Shown: positions 12,605 through 25,076 of the stretch, piece by piece
Layout of the letters: every line of letters begins with the position of its first letter
How positions within the stretch are numbered: the first letter of the stretch is position 1
Source: Lytechinus pictus
Taxonomy: Eukaryota
Assembly: GCF_037042905.1 (NCBI RefSeq)
Contig: NC_087250.1
Coordinates: forward strand, 12,464,001 to 12,528,000
Length of the DNA: 64,000 nt
Direction of reading: 5' to 3'
Translations under genes and position numbers: made by a program
The notes under the pieces: model-generated
Told to the model about the DNA's origin: nothing
Databases searched by the model: none
The model's input: the letters and a program-made list of their open reading frames with translations, nothing else

Positions 12605-14102
12605 TAAAAATGCACAGGCGAATGCGTGATTAATTCGCTCAGGAAAATTTATAAAGTTTGGCAGCTTAAAAAAAAAATCATTTGGAAAGAAAATACAATG
12701 TTAAAAAAAGTTATAGGATTTAGTTTAGGAGAATTAATGGTATTAAAACGGTTTTTCGAAGGGCTAATGGCCGCCCTTTGGCCCGTAGCAGAAAGAGTTG
12801 CAATCAATCGCAACTCTAACAATCATGCGTAACTTGATTTTTTTCAACCAATCAACAGCGCGCATTTGGGACTTGCGATTGATTTTTTGACTTGCGTTTA
12901 AACGCAACTCTTTCTGCAACGGACCCCTGTTGTGTAAATAAAATCATGTTTAAAAGACTTATACATTTACGATCGATGTTTATGCTTAGGACAATCAATA
13001 TTGTAATAAATTAATGCTTGTATCGAGATCGCCAATAATTGATGCCTTACATACAGTAAATATGTACAGTATGTATATAAAAATGTTGGATTTATCATGT
13101 ATATTTTGATTGATCGGCCGTATAAAATTTCTTTGTGTATCAGTGTAAACATCATAAGTGCAATATGTGCTGATATTTTGAAACAAGTAATAGCCTAAAG
13201 GAATTTGATGTTCTTTTGTATGGAATGTGTAAAATGGGCTTCCTTACTTCATATAAGTATAAAGGTTTAATTTTTAACGTGAGCTGTTTTTTTCATTTGA
13301 ACTTTTTATTTATTTCACTTGTCAAAGAAATACAAAAGTGCCTTAACCAGAAATAGCTATAGAGTTAGACCCTGGTCCGGTGCCTTATCAAAGTCAATAT
13401 AGTAGACTAGAGTTCGTGTGAACAGAAAATTATATTTTTACTTTTTCGTAGGTATATTGTAAATATAGAAAAGTGCCTCAAAAGACTGCCTTCAGAAAGA
13501 GATGCATGAATCTTATGGATAACCCATACGATCGTCATTCGATAGAGCATATATTTTCTTGGCTAAGTAACATAAAATCTTGTATTCTGTTGCCAATTTC
13601 AAAACAAATTCTGATCACTTTCCTAATCATGCTAATAGCTTTTCGAACTAAATTAAAATGCAACACTGATCTTAAGTTCTTGATTATGTGAGGTCACCAT
13701 TTTACACATCAATCTGAGTTGTAAAATATATATTTTTTTATTGATGGAAAATTATAACACACCTTAGAGATTGCCTTTTCTATAGATTATCGAAATCGCA
13801 AAAATAATGAAGGTTTGACGCAATTTGATGTGCATTGTAAGAAAGAGTTGTGCTGAATATAGGCAATTTTAAGATTATGTAATCCGCCTCAATTTTCCAT
13901 GCTCATCGATGAGGTTTTAGTTAAAAAGGAAAACTTATCTCTTCCTTTTTTTTATTAATTCAATCATTCTATTTTTTGGTACTTGAAATGTAAAATGTCT
14001 TCCCACAAATATATCATACCTATACTTCCAGCTAGCTGAGAAGTTGTGTATTGTCAGTGCGAAATTTGTATGACGTAACTATTTGTCAGTGCAGCTGACT
14101 AA

Positions 14103-14519
14103 AAGCCACCGCAAACTTTACGATTGGTCTGCAACCCAATTTTGGAATAACACATAGTAGAATCTGATGCTAATATTGAGACATGGAATATCTTATTGTG
14201 TAATGCTCTAAATCCTCTTACGAAAATATATTCCAAATCTGTGTCTATGAAATCGTCCTTATTTGAATAAAAGCGAATTTAATACCTAGCCGTAATGACA
14301 TAATAGCAATCGTACGATTGGCTACGATTTGAAATTAATTTGGCCGTTTACTAAAAAATAAAGGCTTGCAAATCGACCAAAATTGTTACATTAATTTTCT
14401 TTCAGTTAATCTGAACCTCAAATCAGAACATACTTCTCATTCAAATTTCAGAAAATTAGCAAAATGCGATTTATTCCGAAATCGGATCGTTGACCAGTCG
14501 TAAGGTCTGCGGTGGCTTT
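14103..14519 (+). mobile_element. MITE family D (AAGCCACCGCA TIR)
   Basis: TIRs at both ends; homologous to 52212-52630. Confidence 0.8.
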
Positions 14520-16698
14520 TGTACTGTACTATTACCGATGTCAGCATGATCACATAAAAATAATAAAGACCTTTTTTCTCTCTGATGGGATATGTGAGTT
14601 CGTTTCTAATTACTCTATTCAATGTCTCTGAGTTCAAAGGATTGTTATTTGGATAAATCATAGTGGTATAGGTCAAGTTCACCCTAGAAAAAAATTACTT
14701 TCAATCACTTGAGAAAAATCAAACCAGCATAATGCTGAAAATGTCATCAAAATCGCCCTTGCACTGAGAAAGCTATCAGTTTTGCAGTGTTGTAATTTTT
14801 TATTTACACATTTTTATGCACAAAATTAGTGTTATGCAAGTGTGTCACTCATTATTTATTTCGTTTAATTGTTGTATGAATTATGAAATATTTCAATATT
14901 TCAACGACTTGATTGAACACAAAATGTTGGAAAATGGCAATTCCTCATGTTCAGGGTAGATTAAAACTTTGTTTAAAATTAAGATGGGGAAAATATAATC
15001 AGTTCTGTCTTTTTGAGCAAAGCGTGAGCTAAAATCTTGATTTTTCCGACCTGAAACCTGGACATTTTAAACAAAGAGAAAGAGAGATAAAAGAGAGGAA
15101 AGTACGAGGCCGAGAGCTGAGCACGTTAGTCTTAATCAAAGTTTTCCCACTTAGCCTGATCTGCAATGTTAACTGAAGTATACACTTATGAAAAAAACAC
15201 CATGGTCATTTTGATATCACCTCCTCTTCAAGTCGATGTCACTTTAAAGTTTCGGAGAACTCATGTATTGTGATTGAAAGAAAAGAATTCAAGGAGAGTC
15301 CTCGTAATATTTTTCTTGTTGCTCTTCCCGGTTTCTTGTAACATTGGTTTCCTGCATTCAGTACACAGTAAAAAAGATAAAAATAACACGTTGTTTAAGC
15401 CTGTCACTCTAACATCAAGTTGTTTAAACATTTTGGGGGATATAATTTGAATCTTTTAAACAACTTGTTTAAAAAGTTTAAACGTTAGTTGTTAGAGTGA
15501 CGGACTTAAACAACGTGCTTAAAATGTTAAACTTCCCAAAACGGCAATAGAAACAGAAACAGAAAGAAATTTAGACCAATCTGCCCATGTCTATGTTTTT
15601 TTTTTCAGACGGATTTGAATGATCTACCATTTTGTAACCATTCGCGCTGTTTGGGGACTCGTATTCAAGCGGGGAAGGGGAGGGGGGGGGGGTGACACAA
15701 TAGTAGGGCCTATGCACAATACTGTTTTAATATAATTGTGCTTCTGATTCCACGAAGGCTCCAACTTTTGTTTGTATATCGGTAGCGTGGATGATAACAT
15801 CACATGATCACTTAATGGACCCGTTTACGTCAATACCGAATTATTGAACAAAGAGATTACAAGGAAATGCAAATATAAACATTCACTTCTAGAAACTGCG
15901 TCTGGTCTCGCGGATGTAAATACAAAAACCCCTTCTCGATTTCCCCTTTACGCTGTAAATGTATTGCAGTTGCAGACAAGTGAAACAGGATATTTTAAAA
16001 GGCATTAGTAAGCCGAGCATTAGTGAAACCAGCACATTGGTAGAAAAAAGATTGCATCTTCTCTTCAAGACCCTTGAAGACCCTCGGGTTTTCTCCTGAA
16101 ATTGTGAATGTCTAAGAAAATCGCAGATAACTTGTCAAGTGAGACTGCATATCTTCTATAATCCCTCAGAGAAATCGTCACACATTGAAGAAAGAATCTA
16201 TTCTTCTTTTGATGTCGGCCTAGACAGATAAAGGTAAGTATATAAATACATATTATTATTTGGAGCTCATAATACAGTCACAATTACCTTTAATAGCTGC
16301 CCACACGACAAATCGAAGACAATCAATTTATTTATTTCTTGGCAATTACCGTTTAACGTCCGTTTTCGACGAGGAAATGTAATTCTCTCGCAATTTTAAC
16401 CACACTGTTTGTTGTATATATCTTTTGTGCCTGAATACTATATTACTAGTATATTGGGCCTCATACGCATTTTGTAAATATGCATATTTTTATTATAAAG
16501 CATAATGATTTATTATTTTAGTTCTAGGTATAGTCAGTATAGTTAACTAGTTTAACTTTCGTAGTATTTTTCTATACGTGCTTTATGTTGTGAGAGGTGT
16601 GACAGTGTCTAAAGCACCCGCTTGTATTGTCATACCTCTGCATGTTTGTTTCTTACATTTTTTATTATTATGAAATAAAGACCTCACAATATATATAT

Positions 16699-16729
<31 letters not shown>

Positions 16730-16944
16730 TCTATGGTTCTATGTATATATATATATACATAGGTTCTGTATATATATATATATATATATATTTAATTTAA
16801 TATTTATATATCTATAACAGATTAGAGTATTCTTGGTCGCGTATCACATAGGCCTAAGATTATTCAATAGCAATAATATATAGAAGAGAGTTTCGCACAT
16901 CAACGCAGAACTAATACGAGAACACAGTAAATGCATTAGTTAAC

Positions 16945-17148
16945 AATGCCCTTTAAAAATCCAATGTACTGCTAGGAGGTCTTTGTCGAAAATTGGTGAA
17001 CCGGAAGAGCAGTTTCGTTCTTAGTTTCGGAGCTGACGAAAAATTGCAAAATATGTCGTTCGTGCAGAGTCCAGGATGAAACTGCTGTTTTTATTCACCA
17101 ATTTTCGACAAAGATTTCTTGGTTTCTCATTGTCACGAAGGGCATTGG
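16945..17148. repeat. Old dispersed palindromic repeat (family G), five copies in window
   Basis: CTTTGTCGAAAATTGGTGAA...TTCACCAATTTTCGACAAAG. Related copies at ~30725-30935, 43200-43358, 48950-49132 and 52689-52847. Confidence 0.75.
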
Positions 17149-18425
17149 TCAATATAGGTTCTATGTTCTTGAAATCGTTTTGAGTCGCGGTGCAAAAATC
17201 CGTCATAATGCTAGATTTGATAAGAGCATCTTACTTAAAACTTAATGTGTGCTAAATTCCACCCTCCAAATCCACTGTCCAATATGCCACCGTCCAATGG
17301 GACTCGAGAACAGTAATCACGTGCACATAGATATGCAGCTGCCATTAAACCGGATGGCATTCCCACTAGCAATGTAAAATTGCCCGCACCTGTATCGCAT
17401 TCTTTTAATGACAGTACATACATCTCATACACTCGCATACACAGACAGCATGGTCATTATCAATATCATTATGTCTGCGCGCTCCTCCGCAACACGTACA
17501 CGAACATGTCGAAGCCTGTGACCAACACACATGTTATACCTTCATACACACGCATACACACCTAGATTAAGTGAGCAGTGTCTTGCATGAGCATTTTGTG
17601 CGTTCGGCCTGTCTTCGGGGACGAGGAGCGCATGAATACTTGCGTGCAGTAGTGAGTTCATATCAAATGAAGAAAGTGAACTATCGTCCGGTGGTTAGCA
17701 TATCTTCACTGCCGCACAAGGAAAGCGCCGCGTCGGCGAACACGATCCTTTAGACTGCAATTAATTGATTTAACGCTTGGCCAAACTGAATGGATACATG
17801 TGGACATTTCAGTGATTAAACCCTAACAGCATTTCATTGACTTTACAGACACTTGTTGCAGGCACTCGTCACGTGTGACGGTATTTTTTAAGAATAGAAG
17901 AGCTTCCTAATGGAAAACTACCACGTCGCTTAAATTGATGTAGACCGAGCTATGAGGTAATTGAATTTTGATTATTCTATTTTTTTTCCAGTGGTTACAA
18001 CTCTGGTCCTCATGAGAATTGTTCATATTGTCTTTATTTATATTTTTGTTTACAGCAAATGGAACAAAATTGGAGGTAAAAGATATGTATTTTCGTTTAG
18101 AATTGAGATTCTGAATGGAATAAGCATGATTTGAAGTTTTACTTTAATTCATTTGCATTACGGCTTTGCTTCTACTGAAAAAAAATATGGAAAAGGGTTT
18201 TTAAAAAGCAAAAACAAATTTCGTTCGCTTCACTTTAAACAGCCGGAATATTAGTTCATTGAATTTGGTTTGAATGTAATAACCTTAAGTATGCAGACCA
18301 AAAATGATATTTCCTTCTTTATTGTAAATGTGAATAGAGTTCCAACTGAATATTTTAAGCTCTGACTCAAACAGAAGCGATCTGGTATTGGGACTTGAAT
18401 ATTAAAAAGGGCTTCTATACTCTTT

Positions 18426-18711
18426 GGCCCGTATTCCGAAGTCAGGTTTAACTTAGCCCATTGTCTAAATCTGTACTAAAATTATGGGAAGCCAAAGTGT
18501 CAAAATGTTTATTAAGTTTTATGTTTCTTATGTTTACTGTGGACAATCATATATTTATACTTCCTAGACAATTATGAATGATTTGAGAGCCAAATGAGCT
18601 GAAGTATATGATATTTCTGCCGTTGATGATTTATGTAACAATTGGCTATCCATACTTAACCCACAACTTTAAACCTGAGTTTAAGTTAAACCAGACTTCA
18701 GAATACGGGCC
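18426..18711. mobile_element. MITE family A, intact copy
   Basis: GGCCCGTATTCCGAAGTC...GACTTCAGAATACGGGCC; opposite orientation to the 6326 copy. Confidence 0.88.
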
Positions 18712-21700
18712 AGTGACTTTGTATGTGTTTCATTCTTTCTCTTCTAAAAACCAACAGAAGAAAAGCGCAAGGATAGATTAAAATAAAGAACGAAATCGTT
18801 ATTAAACCAGGGAGTTTGGAGTAGAAACAGGGAGATAGAGAGGCAAAAACACAAAAACAGAACTGAGAGGGGGAGAGAGACATTGACAGAAAGGAAGAGA
18901 GGGGGAGAGAAGTGAAATGATTTTCGACTGAGTGCGTGTGTGTTTCAGGTTTTCAATTTGAGCGTGCGGGCACGTGTGCATGTGATAGAGAGGGAGAAAG
19001 AGAGAGAGAGAGGGGTACAATGGGAAATTGAATTATCATGGTAATTGATAATTACTTATCTAATTTATCTTGCTATCAAAATCGAATTGCAGAATCGTAG
19101 TAGCTGCATCTTGCGATGAAATACATTAGCAGTAGCTCACATCACGGTACCACAATATAAAGGACTATAAAAGGATCAACACTATTTTACCATTTCGAGA
19201 ACACAAAACATCTTGAGAAAACGGTTCAGGCTGGGTCATTTTCGGATACGAGTGGAAGCCAATATGCACTCTGTCCAATGCACTAATGACGAATTCTGAC
19301 TCGTTAATGGAGACGCTGTCACGATTACTGGTCGTGAATTACCCAAGACGGAATCAGAAGGTGTAGGATCTGGAGTGAGGGGAGCGCAGGGGGGTAGTGG
19401 GGTTGTAGGGGGTGCATGTAGCCCTTTAATCCCTTCGTTTACTTTCACAGTAATTTCTTTAGGAGAAAAATTGCACCTTTGCTGGGAGGGGGGGGGGGGG
19501 GCGGGGGGGTAAGATATTTGTCGTTTGTTCTGGATAATTCTGTTCAAATTACTCCTTTCTGTTCCCTTATAACACTTTTGGATATTTCTCACGCAGTTGG
19601 TAGATTGTTGGTTGCGACTGGAGTGTTTCAAAGACAAATCCTTCTTTCACACGACGAGGATAAATACAGATTTTTCATATTCCATATAATAAAATATAAA
19701 ATCAAATAATTAAAATCCTAATAACATTTGTCTTCTCTTTTGATATATTTTCCTTTAATCTTCAGCAATTTTTTTTTCTGCTACTTTTATAATGAATTTT
19801 TGTCAGGGTGAACTGTCCCTTTAAGTAAGTCTGCCAAACCGAAGTGATATATGACTTGAAGCAAAAAGCACTCAGCATTTATGAAGCGGTATCCCATAAT
19901 GAGCTTAGGCACAATAAGCAGTATACATAAATAATCGGTGATGACAACCATGGCTCGTGGGGGATTCTGGCACATTTCAAGGGGTAATCAGCCCACGAAT
20001 GAAAATGATCGGGTAGGGCATGGAATTGGTGTTTGGGGGGCAATTCAGTCCTATACTCTAGATGAGTCTTAATCCCTTAACATTTTTTCACGTTAAATTT
20101 GAAGAAAATAAATTCCTTTATTGTCATGGAAACAGTAAAGATTGATACCATTATTTAATTAAATTTGTTGCGTTTGATTGAAATTGTGCATGAAAATTGT
20201 TTCAAGTTGGTAAGTTAATTAATATTCTCCCCCAGAATTACTTTATTTCATAAAAGGTTGTGCAACTCTGTTATTCTGGGGGGGGGTATGGTCTATGAAT
20301 TCTGTTTCGGTGGTAGGCGACTGGAGAACATTTCACGACACAAACCTAGTCCAAACAAAAGGGGATTTTTACTCACTACTGTTAAATAAGCTAATGCAAC
20401 ACTTGCATCTAACTGGCTGAGAGCACAATAAAGCTGTAACAACCAGTGACTTACATTTTCATGAAACTCTCCCTTGGGTACATGTACAAGTTAATGCTAT
20501 TTAACTTGTTTCATCAAGGAGTAAGCTCCTTGGTTTCATAGAGCCGATGCATTTTGCCTTTAGCGGCTGCATCGTAAGAATACATCCCTTCATCTCTGCA
20601 TGGAGAATTGTGGGAATTAGGAATCGATCCCCGTTTACAGGAAAAAACCGGAGGCTTCGGTCGCTGCATGGAATACCGAAGGGAGTTGTTGAAATAAAGG
20701 GAGTTCTACTGTCTATATCAACCAGAAAATAAATAGATAGCGAGTGTTATTTGTCATGTTTTCCCCCTAAGGTTATCAAAGGAAATTCGATAATGTAGGA
20801 TAACTTGTGAACACTTTTATCGACTGAAATTGGAATGAAGATTCATGTATCACCAAGGTGTTACTTTTTCTTCTTTCTTTCTCAGTTTTCTTTATGGTAC
20901 AAATTACAAAGGGTATAATAATACCTCTTTGCCCATTTTCGTAAGTGTAGTTGCGCAACGAGATCAGAACTGAAAGTTCACCAGCAAAGCAATGTTTCAA
21001 GCGAAAAAGAAACAAATTATTTATGATCATTTCAAATGGTTGTCTTTATGTCAACATTTTATTTCGGGGTTTTTTGTAGCAGAAATCACGGAAAATCAAT
21101 AGCTTTTATTTGCTTGTTTGCCAAACTTTGCTGAGGTTTATTGGAGAAAAGTTTTCCTAAATTATGAATCAACTCTCTAAAAATATATATTTTTGAGTGA
21201 ATTTGATTTTTAAATTGAAAATGATAAACAGTGTTTTTAAAAGAAAAATACGAAGCCGAACTCCAAGGTTATGTCTGATCCTGTCATAGTTAGGTCTTAT
21301 TACTTAAAAGACATAATGCTATATATTCATCATGACAAAAACGATGAAATTTGATACAAATTTACATAAAAAAATATATGCTAAATTTAGTAATGAAGAG
21401 CACCTTCCCCTAAAAAATAATAAAAACATGTTATCATATGACTGTTACCGTTAAAACGAACATGCTCGATAAATCTGAAACTATAATTATGCAATCTAGG
21501 AAATGAAACCTTTCAAAATATTTTAATTTTTCAAGGTTCAATCTGGTTTGATTTAATCCAGAATCAAACTAAGGTTTCTTTTATGGAGCAGATAAATTGC
21601 CATGAACATGAAGACACGCATCCTATTATTCTTTACTGACCTAAATTGTTTGCCAAAAAAAGTATGTACTAAAACATGGCAAGTGACTGTTGAAAGTGCG

Positions 21701-22458
21701 GCAGTAGGATTAAGGCGCGGCATCCATTGGATAAGTGTTCTTTCCCCAGTCTTAATCGAAATCTACACCAACGATCAACTTGTTTCATTTAATTACCGGA
21801 AGCTTTCACTCCGTGGAAGACCTCGGATTTACAATTCAGACCAGCGATGGAAGGGAAAAACCCATTACATCATAGAAGCGAAACAGACAGCACATTATAC
21901 ATTCAGAGACAAAGGCTCAAGTTTGCACCTTAAATCAAATCCTTTCGTGAGTAACCTTGTCCTGTAAGTGGCGAAAGGGGAATAATGTGCACGTCGTATT
22001 TTTGTTATTTGAACCCAGAGATTCTCAGTGGAACAGCTATAACTGCAGAATATACGGGTACACGTAGCGGAAAAGATCAAGAGAGAGAGAGGGGGTGTTT
22101 GGGAGAAAAAGATACCAAGAGAAGCGAACAAAAGCAAGATCATCACTTCAAAACGTCATTGATTAGTCACATACTAATATAACAATGGAAACAAACAATG
22201 GAACAAAGGAAAATTTGATACATTTTTCTAAATTTCTTTATTCTTTTTTGTTTTGTTTAAAACCTTTCGTAATCGCTAACCTTCATTAAATCAGTCTAAA
22301 TTGTATAAACATCATGGGTGTTAGGTTCAAATTGGTTTGTACCAAATGAATTCAAGAAGCATTCATGGCGAGATATTGGTTAGATATGAACCTCCCGAAC
22401 ATATAAATGTATATGTGTGTGTGTATATATACATTTATATATATTTATATATATATAT

Positions 22459-22494
<36 letters not shown>

Positions 22495-22581
22495 GTATAT
22501 AAGACATCAGAAATGCGAAACAAATTCACGAGTAATGCAGTTTTTGAAGTGCCAACAATTAAGTTCTTTTATTCACTCTCC

Positions 22582-22638
<57 letters not shown>

Positions 22639-22971
22639 TCTATATATTGGTTTGCACTAATCATTGCTCGATTACTTCTTTTCAATGTTTTCATATATTT
22701 GCCCTCACTGGTCATTTTTTCCTATTTACACAATTGAATACACTATACAAAATTCATGACAAATGAGGGGGCCGTAATTGAATATATTGTATATTATTTG
22801 TGATCTTTTTATCAAATGCATTTTCAAATATGTCAAGAATTTGCTTGTTCCTACATATTTACGACCACATTTGAATAAATCAAAGTTAAATGTCATAACG
22901 ATGGTAACACGAACACAAAAATCATATATCAGAAATGAACGATTCGTGTAAGTAGCAAAGTATATATAACA

Positions 22972-23020
<49 letters not shown>

Positions 23021-23023
<3 letters not shown>

Positions 23024-23351
23024 AAAGAAATGAATGAAGAGAACAATGGTAGGCGTAGCTTAAATCAAGGTTCCCCAGAGCTATCTACCCTTGAGAAAAA
23101 TTGGTGATGCCGAAAAAATGTCTCTGCCGGGAATCGAACCCGGGCCCCCAGCTTTGAACGCCGGTGCCTTAACCACTAGACCACAGAGACAGGTTAGTGG
23201 CTAGGGCGACCCCGATCCGATTGACCGTCAGATAGACAGATTTTCGACACTATACCAATTATAATTTCCTTTGTCGGGTGAAGGTGGGTTTTGAACAATG
23301 ACAAGCCGCCATGCCTCAGCTGGATCAAAGCTATTGCTTTGATACAGTACA
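23021..23351. mobile_element. ~330-bp cassette carrying the TCA tRNA, inserted in a (TA)n microsatellite
   Basis: Complex sequence sharply bounded by long (TA)n runs on both sides; starts TGTA and ends near TACA. Confidence 0.5.
23119..23190 (-). tRNA. 72-nt cloverleaf tRNA (or tRNA-like gene) with anticodon TCA, short variable loop
   Basis: Minus strand: GTCTCTG TG GTCT AGTGGTTA AGGC A CCGGC GTTCAAA GCTGG GGGC CCGGG TTCGATT CCCGG CAGAGAC A. All four stems pair (two G-U), A and B boxes intact, TTTTTT immediately downstream. Confidence 0.75.
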
Positions 23352-23352
23352 C

Positions 23353-23403
<51 letters not shown>

Positions 23404-24449
23404 AAGTTAAGGTGTGAGAGTGCGTGTGCGAATGTGTGTAAAATCACAGCATATCGTCTCGTTTAACTTTTTTTATCCATACCGATAATAACAAAATAAT
23501 GATAATCTCGGGCAAAACTGATTCCCCCTTTAAGACGACAGCTATAAAATAGAAGAAGTACGGATTCGATTTTAACAAAACGTGCTAGGCATTAGAGCTT
23601 TGCCATTTTGGTAAATGTGCAGAGGGAAAACCCACAAGTTATTTATCTCCTGGGGGTTATGTTAATTTGAGGATGCCCTGTGTACCGGTGAGGACTAGAC
23701 CGCGCCTTGCCCTTTGCAAACTGCATCGATTTTTGGCTCTCCCACTCAGCTGAGGAAAATTGATTTCAATGTTCATCATGTCTCTCTCCCTCTCTCTCTC
23801 TCCAGGAAATTGATTTCAATCAATTTCTACAAACCCCCGGCCCCCCTCTCTGACTCTCTCTCTCCCGCGAAGGAAAATGTATGTCAATCTTCATCTTATC
23901 TCTCTGTCTCTTTTCTCTATCTCTTTCCCACCAAGGAAAGTTGATTTAAATCTTGATCATCTTCACCCTCCCCCCTCTCTCCCGCAAAGGAGAATTATTT
24001 ATATCAATCTTCATCTCATCTCTCTGTCTCTTGTTCTCTATCTCTTTCCCACCAAGGAAAGTTGATTTAAATCTTCACCCCCTCTCTGTTTCTCTCTTTT
24101 TCCGAAAAATTGTTTCCATGTTTATCATGTTTATCCCTTCCTCCCTCCCTCTCTCCAACCAAAAAAACTCTACCTTAATCTTTAGCATGCCCTTCCCCTC
24201 CCTCCCTCTCCCTATCTACCTATCTCCAATCCTCTCTTTCTCACCAAGTCACTTCCTCCCCTGTATTACCAAACTCAATCTCTCCTCCTCTATTCCGCTT
24301 ACTCTTCATCCTCTATCTCTACGTACACATTTGTTACATTTTCACCATGGGTGTTTGGTTAAAAGTTGTTCGTACCAAATACATTCAAGAAGCATTCATG
24401 GTGATCTTTGTTAGATATGAACCTCCCAACCATATAAATATGTGTGTGG

Positions 24450-24522
<73 letters not shown>

Positions 24523-24758
24523 TGTGTGTGTGTGTGGTGCTCTATAAATTAAGCGAACCCCACCAGAAAATATTTAATTGTGAAGTCTGGTGAAAAAATA
24601 CTACATTTAAGATAGTTTTTTTCTCTGCGCTTGCCAAGTATTGCAGTATTGTTGTCTATATTCAACACTCAGCATGAAAAAGCGCACCTTGTTGTGGGTT
24701 CATCAACGTTTGAGTACAACTCTGTGTGTCTGTGTGAGGGGTGTGTGTGTATATATGC

Positions 24759-24790
<32 letters not shown>

Positions 24791-24828
24791 TGCTTTGCAC
24801 TAATCATTTTTTGTTCTCTTTGATGTTT

Positions 24829-25076
24829 GCCCCGTCTTACAAAGAGTTGCGATTGATCCAATCAACCACAACGCCAATATCTATTATGCTCGTTTTTTCA
24901 AAATATTTTTTATGATGCATATTCATACATTCATTGTTTTCTGAAAAATTCAGTGTGCTTCTTTTTGTGTACAAAGGAGATTGAGCACATTTCCTGTACA
25001 AAAAATATGACATTGATGGCTTTCCATAGAGTTGAGATTGATTGGATCAATCGTAACTCTTTGTAAGACGGGAACC
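24829..25076. mobile_element. MITE family E (CCCGTCTTACAAAGAGTT TIR)
   Basis: Inverted ends; homologous to 50601-50873. Confidence 0.8.

Larger units (their letters stand above)
22410..24790. repeat. Cluster of (TA)n microsatellites and CT-rich degenerate repeats
   Basis: (TA)n runs at ~22424-22500, 22582-22647, 22976-23020, 23354-23400, 24453-24516 and 24750-24790; CT-rich repeats at 23755-24320. Confidence 0.9.

Noticed and set aside
21602..21967. 121-aa ORF
   Set aside because: No recognisable motif, compositional shift or coherent exon chain.
22337..23046. YIYIYI ORFs
   Set aside because: (TA)n microsatellite translations.
23119..23190. Selenocysteine tRNA
   Set aside because: The anticodon fits, but it lacks the long variable arm and 9/4 fold of eukaryotic tRNA-Sec.
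23953..24414. 153-aa L/S/P-rich ORF
   Set aside because: Product of CT-rich low-complexity repeats.
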